DNA of 64,000 bases, from sequence record MN871447.1, one strand, 5' to 3'. The position numbers and the translations under genes are program-made. Numbering within the stretch: position 1 is the stretch's first letter; every line of letters starts with the position of its first letter. This document shows, one piece after another, positions 18,056 through 26,162 of the stretch. A model generated the notes under the pieces. It saw only the letters and a list, made by a program, of their open reading frames with translations. It ran no database searches and was not told the origin of the DNA.

Positions 18056-18442
18056 TCACCAAATCGGCTCGCCACGATCAATAAATCGAATTCTTTCTTT
18101 TCTACAGAGTTTTTCTAGGATATCTTTTAAGAGGTGACGATGACAGAAGCAGTCGTGTTTACAATAGCAAGCTAAACAAATTCGTTCCTGATTAATCAAC
18201 CACAGCCACGGTTCCGGATTTTTGATAAACCGTTCACGGGTCAACCGGTAATAGATATCAACGTATTCCGCTTCACTGACAATACCTTGCTTAAATGGCC
18301 AGAGTAATTCTGGGGTGGGCGCAAAGTCTTTTATTCCGCTTTTTAACGTGGTATCGACAAAGACAATATCCAATCCTTCCCAAACTCGCCAATCAGGTAT
18401 TCTGCCTGTCCATACTTCGAGTTGCTTGAATGAACGAAACAT
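18056..18442 (-). CDS. DUF488/YeaO-like protein
   Basis: FAPTPELL..FK...YV..Y and a LACYC..DCFCHRHLL motif. ATG 18442 with a GGAGGAG RBS. Confidence 0.65.
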   Translation of the reverse strand: MFRSFKQLEVWTGRIPDWRVWEGLDIVFVDTTLKSGIKDFAPTPELLWPFKQGIVSEAEYVDIYYRLTRERFIKNPEPWLWLINQERICLACYCKHDCFCHRHLLKDILEKLCRKERIRFIDRGEPIW

Positions 18443-18508
18443 CTCTCCTCCGTTCAATGAAACCAAAAAAAAAACAATGAGACGATTAACCTGCTTAGGT
18501 CAAACGAC

Positions 18509-19030
18509 CTAAGCATAGAAGTTTAACCATTCCAGAAAACGCCGACTGCGTTTTTCGATGTTCCCTTCAACTGGGTATCTTGATGCGTAATCTTCGTTGA
18601 GGGTTAGCGGATAAAACTCTGGGTCTCTCTCGGTGGCGTACATTAAATGCAATACGTAGTGCCGGGTACCGTAAACGTCCAGGAAAGTCCAGAGTACATA
18701 ACGTTGAAATGCGTGCTTAAACGTATCCAGTCTCAGTTTTTTGAAGAGTCGATAAAATTCCGTGATATCAATTTTTAATGCTTCGAGACTGGTGATCTGA
18801 ACCGGGACACCGAGTTGAAGCGATAAACGGAATCCCCGGCAACGATACTCCCTCGCATTCATTCCCAGATATTCAATGATCAGTTTAGACCCGATGCGTT
18901 TATACGTTATATCCGTGGTCGCACGCGTCGTTTCACCTACACGTCTACCGAAGGTGGTGGTGTCAATTCGATATTTTGCCAGGTCTTCTACGGCTTTCAG
19001 AAAGGACAATTTACTGACTTTGAGGCGCAT
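18509..19030 (-). CDS. Hypothetical protein
   Basis: 173-aa ORF with RBS, co-oriented with its neighbours. Confidence 0.6.
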   Translation of the reverse strand: MRLKVSKLSFLKAVEDLAKYRIDTTTFGRRVGETTRATTDITYKRIGSKLIIEYLGMNAREYRCRGFRLSLQLGVPVQITSLEALKIDITEFYRLFKKLRLDTFKHAFQRYVLWTFLDVYGTRHYVLHLMYATERDPEFYPLTLNEDYASRYPVEGNIEKRSRRFLEWLNFYA

Positions 19031-19045
19031 AGTTTCTCTCTTCGA

Positions 19046-19078
19046 AAAATAAAAGAAAGAGAGGCCAGCGCCTCTCTT
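19046..19078 (-). terminator. Terminator, near-identical copy of 22109..22141
   Basis: aaaataaaagaaagagaggccagcgcctctctt; 33 nt with one mismatch to the second copy. Confidence 0.75.
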
Positions 19079-19083
19079 GGTAT

Positions 19084-19635
19084 TTACGCTCTGACCTGTT
19101 TCAGCCAGGCGTCGTCGAGACCCGCTACTGCCGCGGTCTTACGATTAACGTACTCGGTCAGGTCTGGGTCGTGGCGCGTCACCAGGAAATGGAGGGCACG
19201 CAGACCGGCTAACCAGAAATCGGTTTCGAGGAATTTGTATTCGCACGCCGGATGCAGGACAGTGAATTCCCAGCATTCCGCTTCATCAGATTCCGTTTCC
19301 GTCACGTTACGGTATTTGATCTGGCCGCTGGTTGATTCCAGATAACGGTTAACGGCATGGATTGACAATGCGTGACCTTTAGGGACATCGAAGCCCAAAC
19401 CGATGAACAGCGAATGAGTCAGAGACATCTTGGAGATACGATCAACGTAATCTTCGTGTTTGGCGATGATCTCTTCTTTGCTCAGCGGGATTTCGCCGTC
19501 TTTGATGATTTCCGGGTAAGAGGAATCAACCAGCACGAAGTCTTCGTGTTTGAAATCCTTCAGGACTTCCTGTTTCATTTCGCTGTCAATAGTTGCGGCA
19601 GCAGAGATTGCTTCGTTTACAACGGTGTTTTCCAT
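19084..19635 (-). CDS. Hypothetical acidic protein (probably early)
   Basis: 183-aa ORF downstream of the putative early promoter at 20304. Confidence 0.65.
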   Translation of the reverse strand: MENTVVNEAISAAATIDSEMKQEVLKDFKHEDFVLVDSSYPEIIKDGEIPLSKEEIIAKHEDYVDRISKMSLTHSLFIGLGFDVPKGHALSIHAVNRYLESTSGQIKYRNVTETESDEAECWEFTVLHPACEYKFLETDFWLAGLRALHFLVTRHDPDLTEYVNRKTAAVAGLDDAWLKQVRA

Positions 19636-19665
19636 TTGATAATTAACCTAATTGAAAGAAAAGAA

Positions 19666-19690
19666 AAAGCGGGGGATTTCCCCGCTTTAT
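19666..19690 (-). terminator. Terminator hairpin
   Basis: aaagcgggg-gattt-ccccgcttt with an A-tract on the left (U-tract on the minus strand). Confidence 0.7.
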
Positions 19691-19711
19691 TAAACTACCT
19701 GACCGCCGAAA

Positions 19712-20173
19712 TTAATCGGACAGTTCGGAAGTTTTGGATTCGATCATACGGCGAACCGCGACATGGTCATCGCGTTCTTTACGGCGATACGCCACGGTCA
19801 CCGACGGGTCTTTCATGGTGCCGTCAGCCTTTTTACCGGTCGGCGGAGTATAGTTAACCGCAACGCCTGTTTTACCTGTCTGGATAACACCCCAGACGCG
19901 TTTGGTGTCGCGATGAGTTTTCAGGTGATCGATGGCCTTAGGGCCGGCGTTATGCAGCAGCGCGGTAGCGAACAGGCTTTCATATTCCTGAACCGCTTCG
20001 ATCTTGTCTTTGATATCCGCCGGCGCGTTGTCCATGAAACAGTCTACGCCTTCTTTCTGCGAGATAGTTCCGTGCTCTGAGACGAAAATGCTGTCGCCGA
20101 TTTTAGCGGAAAGGTCCAGTACCTCTTTAGAAATTTCCAGTACGGTTTCTTTCTTTTCTTTTACATCTGACAT
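19712..20173 (-). CDS. Hypothetical protein, first gene of a putative early unit
   Basis: 153 aa, GAGG RBS, ~130-nt leader. Confidence 0.7.
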   Translation of the reverse strand: MSDVKEKKETVLEISKEVLDLSAKIGDSIFVSEHGTISQKEGVDCFMDNAPADIKDKIEAVQEYESLFATALLHNAGPKAIDHLKTHRDTKRVWGVIQTGKTGVAVNYTPPTGKKADGTMKDPSVTVAYRRKERDDHVAVRRMIESKTSELSD

Positions 20174-20303
20174 TTGTATTTCCTCAATTGAGTGTGTTTC
20201 GATGAGATTAATAAGAACTGCAGTTCTACTACTTCACTATCGACCGATGATCAATTCGGCGCGATGAGAACTTTGAAAGGTAGATTTCTCTACCTTATTT
20301 CAA

Positions 20304-20315
20304 TAGAGTGATATA
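20304..20315 (-). promoter_or_regulatory. Putative early (vRNAP) promoter TATATCACTCTA
   Basis: Identical 12-mer at 56503-56514 and a variant at 44874-44882. Resembles the phiKZ early consensus TATATTAC. Confidence 0.6.
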
Positions 20316-20324
20316 GATGTTAAA

Positions 20325-21056
20325 TTAGTTTGAAATGGCACCGAGACATTCAAACAGATACCCGGTCATGAATTCTGCCGAGGTAGGCTTCGTGTATTGA
20401 CCGGTGCTGTTATCGGAACGGATAATAGTTTGGTAGATGTTACCAAACGTCGTGGCGTTACTGTCGTCGAATAACACCTTAAACAGCCCCTGATGAATCG
20501 CAGCGTAAAGATCAGTAGCTTTTACCCCTTCTGTTACAAAGTCGCTCACAAAGCTGTCTGCTTCGTTATAGTGATCAACGAGTAACGGGTGAGCGTTCTT
20601 CAGGAGGAAGTAAAACTCTTTTGCCAGCGACGTCAGTAATTCACTCCGCTTGTCTTCATTACTGAGGTAGATTTTATACAGCTCATTACTGTAACTGGTC
20701 ACCCAATTAGTACCGGCAGTACGCGCTTCTTCGCGGAATTTCGTTTCCGGTTTCAGGTAATACCCGATCCCTTCGGTCAGGGAAAGATAGGTCAATGCAT
20801 CCGGGTTATCGATCGGCGCATTCAGATAAAGGACATTTCCTTCAACGCGATACGTTTCAACGCTCGGGTCGATGACGATTTCCACGTTTTCGAGTTGATA
20901 CTTTTCACCGATAGCATGGACGCCGTACACGAAGACTTGACCCGGGACAATCACTCCTTCGATGGTTTCCTTCACCGCCTGTGCTAAAGCAACTAGGCGT
21001 TGGGTTTCACTGGCGTTGAGACCCTTGATGCCGTTGAGCAGACTGGATGGTTGCAT
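20325..21056 (-). CDS. Hypothetical protein
   Basis: 243 aa, GAGGTG RBS, upstream CTATGTAAA motif. Confidence 0.7.
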   Translation of the reverse strand: MQPSSLLNGIKGLNASETQRLVALAQAVKETIEGVIVPGQVFVYGVHAIGEKYQLENVEIVIDPSVETYRVEGNVLYLNAPIDNPDALTYLSLTEGIGYYLKPETKFREEARTAGTNWVTSYSNELYKIYLSNEDKRSELLTSLAKEFYFLLKNAHPLLVDHYNEADSFVSDFVTEGVKATDLYAAIHQGLFKVLFDDSNATTFGNIYQTIIRSDNSTGQYTKPTSAEFMTGYLFECLGAISN

Positions 21057-21160
21057 GGCTACACCTCAATAAGTTTTACGTTTACATAGTAGGAACGGTA
21101 ACTGTAAGGTTTGAAATGTTACAGCATAGAGAGGAGGGCAGACGCCCTCCTCTCATTTGG

Positions 21161-21322
21161 TTAATGTCTCTGCGGTTTATTTGTCGGCGTAGGGAGTGTT
21201 ACTCCTTTAAACCGACATTCTTTGTAAACATTGCGTAAAAAGCGTTGGCGGTCTTCTTCACGTTGTTTCTCGATTCGTTCGTCACCAGGGAATCTGGCGA
21301 TATAGCAGGGGCGTTTCACCAT
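21161..21322 (-). CDS. Small basic hypothetical protein (53 aa; not in the ORF track)
   Basis: Hand translation MVKRPCYIARFPGDERIEKQREEDRQRFLRNVYKECRFKGVTLPTPTNKPQRH*. AAGGTG RBS upstream, terminator (21128-21155) downstream. Confidence 0.6.
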   Translation of the reverse strand: MVKRPCYIARFPGDERIEKQREEDRQRFLRNVYKECRFKGVTLPTPTNKPQRH

Positions 21323-21360
21323 AGCGTTCACCTTTTGTTCTTGTGGGCTTTACCGGCCCG

Positions 21361-22038
21361 TTAGACAGTCGGGTTACTCTTGCTCGTTATCCACTGACTC
21401 GCAAGTGTTTTGAGTGATCCGCCGCTATCGACGAAAGCACTCAAATTACTGTTGTCAGTGTAGACTACATTGCGGTCTTCGCTATTGACGGTAGCGGAGA
21501 CAATGACATGGTTTCCTTTCACAAGTGCATTTTCGCTTATGATAGTACGAAGCGTGTAACCCACGATATCAATAAGATCAGACAACTGCTTATAGCGGTA
21601 TTGTCCATCGTTGGTTGTGTCCTCTTCGTAGTCAGTACGTAAGGATTCGAATAAATAGTATCCTACCCACAGCGATGCCACCGCGTAGATACTCGGGTTA
21701 AAAACGTTGTCGAGTCGGGGAAGGAGACTATAGTGGTACAAAGTCGTCACGCCGTAACCCAGATTTGCCAACGTGTTAAGAACAAATCCATCCGGGAGGG
21801 CGTTGATCTTGGCGTCAATTCCTGGAAATTTAGTTCCCAGGTGACTGATAAGACGGGAGCGTACTTCCGTTTCTCGCATATTGATTGGCCAAGATAAAAT
21901 AGGAACTTGCTTAAACGGTTTATTCTCGCCTGCAAAATCCGAAGCACTCGGCGTTCTTGTCCAAGGAGTTAATAACTCAATCGACTGGATAATAGCAGGG
22001 AGCGTACTGTCGTCGTAAATTCCAACTGAAGTGGGCAT
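21361..22038 (-). CDS. Hypothetical, possibly a virion structural protein
   Basis: 225 aa, GAGG RBS. Upstream terminator plus TTTTATGATAA (TATG) suggests late expression. Confidence 0.6.
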   Translation of the reverse strand: MPTSVGIYDDSTLPAIIQSIELLTPWTRTPSASDFAGENKPFKQVPILSWPINMRETEVRSRLISHLGTKFPGIDAKINALPDGFVLNTLANLGYGVTTLYHYSLLPRLDNVFNPSIYAVASLWVGYYLFESLRTDYEEDTTNDGQYRYKQLSDLIDIVGYTLRTIISENALVKGNHVIVSATVNSEDRNVVYTDNSNLSAFVDSGGSLKTLASQWITSKSNPTV

Positions 22039-22108
22039 GATAAATCCTCTCTTCGTAATAAGTGTCTCTTAAATTAAATCAGATTTTAAGTATTATCATA
22101 AAACTAAG

Positions 22109-22141
22109 AAAATAAAAGAAAGAGAGGCCAACGCCTCTCTT
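22109..22141 (-). terminator. Terminator after the protease gene
   Basis: agagaggc-caac-gcctctct stem; duplicate of 19046..19078. Confidence 0.75.
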
Positions 22142-22147
22142 TTCTAT

Positions 22148-22894
22148 TTACCAACGTGCAACCAGACCACTTTTCCCGGAAAGTAAGGTAGCGCGATCTA
22201 AGTTACGAATCGCATCAATCGTCCCTTTAAAACTGGACTCTACCGAAACCAGACTTTTATCTTCCGCCATACTACGAATGATTGCCGGTTGAACCGGAAC
22301 CACCAACGCCGATTCGCAAGACGGCGACATGTATTTGTTCGCAACAGAAAGACCCGGTTCGTTAACGAGATCCCAGGTGATGATGTTATCAACGTACTTA
22401 CGTACCTTCCCGCCCACGACTCTGTCGGTCGCCATGCTGCGAATACTGAAGGCCAGATTCTCGTCCGGGTTAGCCATGATTTTATCAAAGTCATCACGAC
22501 GTGCACCAGTAGAACAGACTTCGCCCATGATCGCGCAAATGCGCTGACCATTCGGTAACACGAAGTTCGGTACTACCCAAACTTTACGGATATGGATCGC
22601 CCAGTTCCGCTCATCAATCGTGTGGATGCGCTGAATGAACTTACGGTAGTCAGGGTAGTCATACTCTTTTGGATGACCCCACTCACCACGCAAATACCCT
22701 TCGTTAATCCGCTTCTGGAACAAGCCGTTTGCAGCGAGGATACGTTCTACACGCTGCTGGTCATAAACTGCCCCGATGCTGTTATCAAACTCTAACGCAC
22801 CCAGGATAACTTCCAGGTAGTTATTATCGAGGCGTTTAATGTTACCGACCCGGTTCACTCCTTTCAGCGCCGTTACTTCAAATGACATTCCCAT
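22148..22894 (-). CDS. Prohead (head maturation) serine protease, phiKZ gp175/SPN3US gp245-like
   Basis: LRGEWGHP (catalytic His), IDERNWAIHI, FSIRSM (catalytic Ser) and ITWDLVNEPG motifs. Start moved to MGMSF (22894), just after the upstream gene's stop. Confidence 0.85.
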   Translation of the reverse strand: MGMSFEVTALKGVNRVGNIKRLDNNYLEVILGALEFDNSIGAVYDQQRVERILAANGLFQKRINEGYLRGEWGHPKEYDYPDYRKFIQRIHTIDERNWAIHIRKVWVVPNFVLPNGQRICAIMGEVCSTGARRDDFDKIMANPDENLAFSIRSMATDRVVGGKVRKYVDNIITWDLVNEPGLSVANKYMSPSCESALVVPVQPAIIRSMAEDKSLVSVESSFKGTIDAIRNLDRATLLSGKSGLVARW

Positions 22895-22898
22895 GATT

Positions 22899-23624
22899 TC
22901 ACCATCGTACAATATTAGAGAAACTCGACTCATACGAAAGCAGTCCCGCCTTGCGTTCCTTGGCAGCGTTGAATTCTGTCTTCGATAACGGGAACATCTC
23001 AACTTGGCTTTGGTCGAACGGCTCTTCTTTGTACCGTTCTAGCGCAGGGAGCACCATCTGATAATACCCGCGTTTCAACGAAAAGAACGGCGAGAACTTT
23101 AAGGACGGACCCGTCACCTCAATGAGGATTCGGGTTTCAATACTTTTCTGGTAGTCATCTTTGATCAAACGAAGTTCGTCGATAAAACACTTCCCGACGA
23201 CCCGCGCTGGGTAGGGTTGGTCTTCCTGATCGACATTCACTAACCAACGTTCTTCTGACCACTCTGCCATCGGGCAGATAGATTTCCCTGGTCGCAAAGA
23301 ACCCTCTACATCAATGGCGTAGATCGTATAGCCACCGAGCCATGTGTCATCACCCGCGCAGTGGGCTTTACTGTCGAGAAAGTCCCGTAACGCGACACCG
23401 TATCCTCGCAGACAATCCACCACAGTGATTCCGGTACAAACCCGTTTCACACTTTCATCTTCTCCCGCCATCGTCCGTTGAATTTCACGCGGAACGAAAA
23501 CGTCGATCTTTGGATTAGGCGAGATATGATAAAGGACGCGGTGGTGCGTATCGACCTGTAAGGCGTTGATGGCGTGCTCTTGCTGTTTACGGACGAAAGC
23601 AGTTAACCGTTCAAATGGTGACAT
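22899..23624 (-). CDS. ADP-ribosyltransferase-fold-like protein (tentative)
   Basis: LYHIS..F.PR...RVCTG.T..DCL.G...YTIYAID...SEERWL spacing matches ART strands 1, 2, 4 and 5. Confidence 0.4.
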   Translation of the reverse strand: MSPFERLTAFVRKQQEHAINALQVDTHHRVLYHISPNPKIDVFVPREIQRTMAGEDESVKRVCTGITVVDCLRGYGVALRDFLDSKAHCAGDDTWLGGYTIYAIDVEGSLRPGKSICPMAEWSEERWLVNVDQEDQPYPARVVGKCFIDELRLIKDDYQKSIETRILIEVTGPSLKFSPFFSLKRGYYQMVLPALERYKEEPFDQSQVEMFPLSKTEFNAAKERKAGLLSYESSFSNIVRW

Positions 23625-23626
23625 AC

Positions 23627-24352
23627 TTACGCCCTCAAGAGTCGTTCAATCGGCTGCGTGACTTCGTTAGGGTTCACAATCGCCGAATCCAAGCCATCGC
23701 CAGTGTAGCTCCCTGAGATCTTCGCTGTGGTATCAGACGAACCATCAATTACGTTACGTAACGGAATCCACGTGAACGGCGTTGTTTTGAGTTCGTTGTA
23801 GCTGAAGAGTTTCTCACGAAGTGGGACTTTACGGTCATGCGATAAACGCGCAATCTGTGCGATAATCATCTCGCCGATGGTCGGGGTCGCCACCAATTGC
23901 GTACCGGTGTATTTTTTCGTTTCTTCAAAGAACCCGCTGAGCGAGATATAGTTGTAGAAGAATGGGATTCTTCCTCGGGCCAGAATCTCTTCAAACAGGT
24001 AATAAAGAAGGGTGTTGTCTTTGACCAGGTTCAAGTTTTTGATCACGGTACTACCGGGAGTAAAATGGAAGTCGTAATAGCTCCGACCTTGGTACTCTAA
24101 CTGACGAATTTCAGCCGGGGCGATTTCCATCATACTGGGTGTGGTTGAAACTGCGTATTCACCCGCTTCGTTACAGATCGCAAAGAAGCCGATGATCATA
24201 ATACGCTTACCCATACTGATCAATTGTTTTGCGCGAAAGGACTCTTGGATCACAATCCGGCAGCCGGTCGTAGTGACCAGACTGCCGTTTGGGAGTTCAC
24301 GTAACGTCGCTTTCATCGCATCAGGTTTATGTTTCCACTGAGCGATATCCAC
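23627..24352 (-). CDS. rpoC: Virion RNA polymerase beta' C-terminal subunit (SPN3US gp244/phiKZ gp176-like)
   Basis: The C-terminal WIPLRNV...DTTAKISGSY..DGL.SAIVNP...IERLLR resembles the beta' C-terminus, and the position is syntenic. Confidence 0.65.
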   Translation of the reverse strand: MDIAQWKHKPDAMKATLRELPNGSLVTTTGCRIVIQESFRAKQLISMGKRIMIIGFFAICNEAGEYAVSTTPSMMEIAPAEIRQLEYQGRSYYDFHFTPGSTVIKNLNLVKDNTLLYYLFEEILARGRIPFFYNYISLSGFFEETKKYTGTQLVATPTIGEMIIAQIARLSHDRKVPLREKLFSYNELKTTPFTWIPLRNVIDGSSDTTAKISGSYTGDGLDSAIVNPNEVTQPIERLLRA

Positions 24353-24363
24353 ACTCGACTCCT

Positions 24364-25896
24364 TTAAGCTACCGTAACATCATCCGCTTCGATGATACCG
24401 ATCTTTTCCGCTGCACTGAAACTCAGGACGTCAAAGTTGGCCACTAACCATTTCGCCAGGTAACGTACCGCGGCGGTATAGGCTGCGGTAGTCCCGTCTT
24501 CCTGATTCTCTTGCATCTCCGTTTCCACGATGTCGATAATGTCCTCGGCATCGATAAAGGTGAAGATGTGCTGGCAGACTTTCTGTTTGACTAACTCGAA
24601 CAGGTTCGGGTCGTTGTCAATGTTCCAGTTAACGTAAAACTTACCGGACTTGAGATCTTCAATCACCCGTGCCATCGCTTCTTCTTTACTGAAGCCACCC
24701 GGGAGTTGGTCATCGTTCAGTTCACCCAGCGCTGCTGAAAGTTCCGGTACGAAACAGTTAGATAGGCGTTTAAGGAACGTGTCGCGCGAATAACGTTGAC
24801 GTTGCACTTCGAGTGCCTGCCAGCGTTTAAGGTTCAGTTCATTATTGGACAGGAACTGGGTCAGTAAACGCTGACCGCCTTTCGGGTCTAGAACGCCGCC
24901 AATCACGCTCTCCGGGGTTAAACCCTGGCTGAGCCCCTGACGGTAGACCGGGCCGAATACAACGATCTCTGCGTCTTCTGAGGTCGTTGCAATCTGACTT
25001 TTACCGGTGAAGCGAATCACCAGCTGTCCACGACGACTGCAACCGCTGAGCCAACCCAGGCCGTTCTGAATCAGGTAGCCGTACTGGAGTTTCATCGCGT
25101 TGATCGTCGCGTTGAATTCCGGTAAGGTTAACCCGGTACCCGGCAGCGGGTCTTGACTAAAGCTGTCAATCAGGAAATAGGTAATAATACCCAGATCAGT
25201 CATTGACGCATCGGTAAAGGTACCAACACAACGCTGGCCTTCTTTCTGCTGCACTAAACCAGCAATGAACCGGGTCACCGGACAAACCGGTACAACCGTC
25301 TCGTTACGGAAGAGGACGTTGTAGATTGCAACAACGGTATCGGCGCCGTATTTCGCAATAGCATCCGCTAACCCGTCGTCCAGTTCGCTCACACCGGTCT
25401 TCATTCCGTCAATCAGATCGACGTCAGTTTTTTCCGGGGCATTTTTGATTCGGGTAAACAGCGGCGCATTCGGTTTGTACTGACCGAACGTATCGATGAC
25501 GTACGGGTTGTAGATGATCGGCGACGGGTCGTATTGAGTGATGGTGAACTCTTTCGGTTCCACACCCTTCATGCGATCGAGGATCTTCCCGGTAACGTCG
25601 CTGATCAACGGAACAACGGTGTTACGGACATACCCGATCTGACGCAGTAACGCTCCGCCGACTACCTCTGCTGCACCGGCCACCGCTCCTTCGTGCGGTT
25701 CCGCCATCCCAATGGTACGCTGGGCGTTGTTGAACAACACCGCGTCGTAGTTCTCCATGGACGGTTTATGGCTCTGGAAGAGCGGTAAAGATTCGGCCAC
25801 CGGACTAAACATCACGCTACCGGTGCGCGGGAAAAGAAACAGTCCTTCATTACTGACGACCGTTTTCGCCAAGGCGATAGATTTTTTATTTAACAT
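24364..25896 (-). CDS. Virion head/ejection protein (SPN3US gp243/phiKZ gp177-like)
   Basis: 510 aa, syntenic position, N-terminal PSMEN candidate protease site. Confidence 0.55.
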   Translation of the reverse strand: MLNKKSIALAKTVVSNEGLFLFPRTGSVMFSPVAESLPLFQSHKPSMENYDAVLFNNAQRTIGMAEPHEGAVAGAAEVVGGALLRQIGYVRNTVVPLISDVTGKILDRMKGVEPKEFTITQYDPSPIIYNPYVIDTFGQYKPNAPLFTRIKNAPEKTDVDLIDGMKTGVSELDDGLADAIAKYGADTVVAIYNVLFRNETVVPVCPVTRFIAGLVQQKEGQRCVGTFTDASMTDLGIITYFLIDSFSQDPLPGTGLTLPEFNATINAMKLQYGYLIQNGLGWLSGCSRRGQLVIRFTGKSQIATTSEDAEIVVFGPVYRQGLSQGLTPESVIGGVLDPKGGQRLLTQFLSNNELNLKRWQALEVQRQRYSRDTFLKRLSNCFVPELSAALGELNDDQLPGGFSKEEAMARVIEDLKSGKFYVNWNIDNDPNLFELVKQKVCQHIFTFIDAEDIIDIVETEMQENQEDGTTAAYTAAVRYLAKWLVANFDVLSFSAAEKIGIIEADDVTVA

Positions 25897-26087
25897 TACA
25901 CGATCCCCTCTTGAACACGACGCGCGGCGATGGCAGCACCAATGGCGGCGGCCAGGTCTTCTTCGATGTTAGCGCCATCGGGGATTCTGAGGTCTTCGCT
26001 ACGGGCATCAAGCATAATGCGACGCCCTACTTCGAGAATATTGGCGACGCTAGTCTGCGCAATTTCCTGTAAACCTTCGTTATTCAT
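25896..26087 (-). CDS. Small hypothetical protein
   Basis: 63 aa, AAGG RBS, abuts the next gene's start. Confidence 0.55.
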   Translation of the reverse strand: MNNEGLQEIAQTSVANILEVGRRIMLDARSEDLRIPDGANIEEDLAAAIGAAIAARRVQEGIV

Positions 26088-26162
26088 CTTCTTAACCTTA
26101 TTTTACAAAGCGCTTTGAAAAGTAGGGAATCAGGGCGAGTACGTTTCTCGCCCTGTGGTCAG

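Noticed and set aside
18465-18474. A10 homopolymers (also near 41133) as phase-variation tracts
   Set aside because: Both are intergenic. The 41133 run is the U-tract of the adjacent terminator and the 18465 run lies downstream of a hairpin; neither is in a coding frame.
20325-21056. Degenerate zincin-like protease (LTEGIGY in place of HExxH)
   Set aside because: The resemblance is too weak to support without a profile search.
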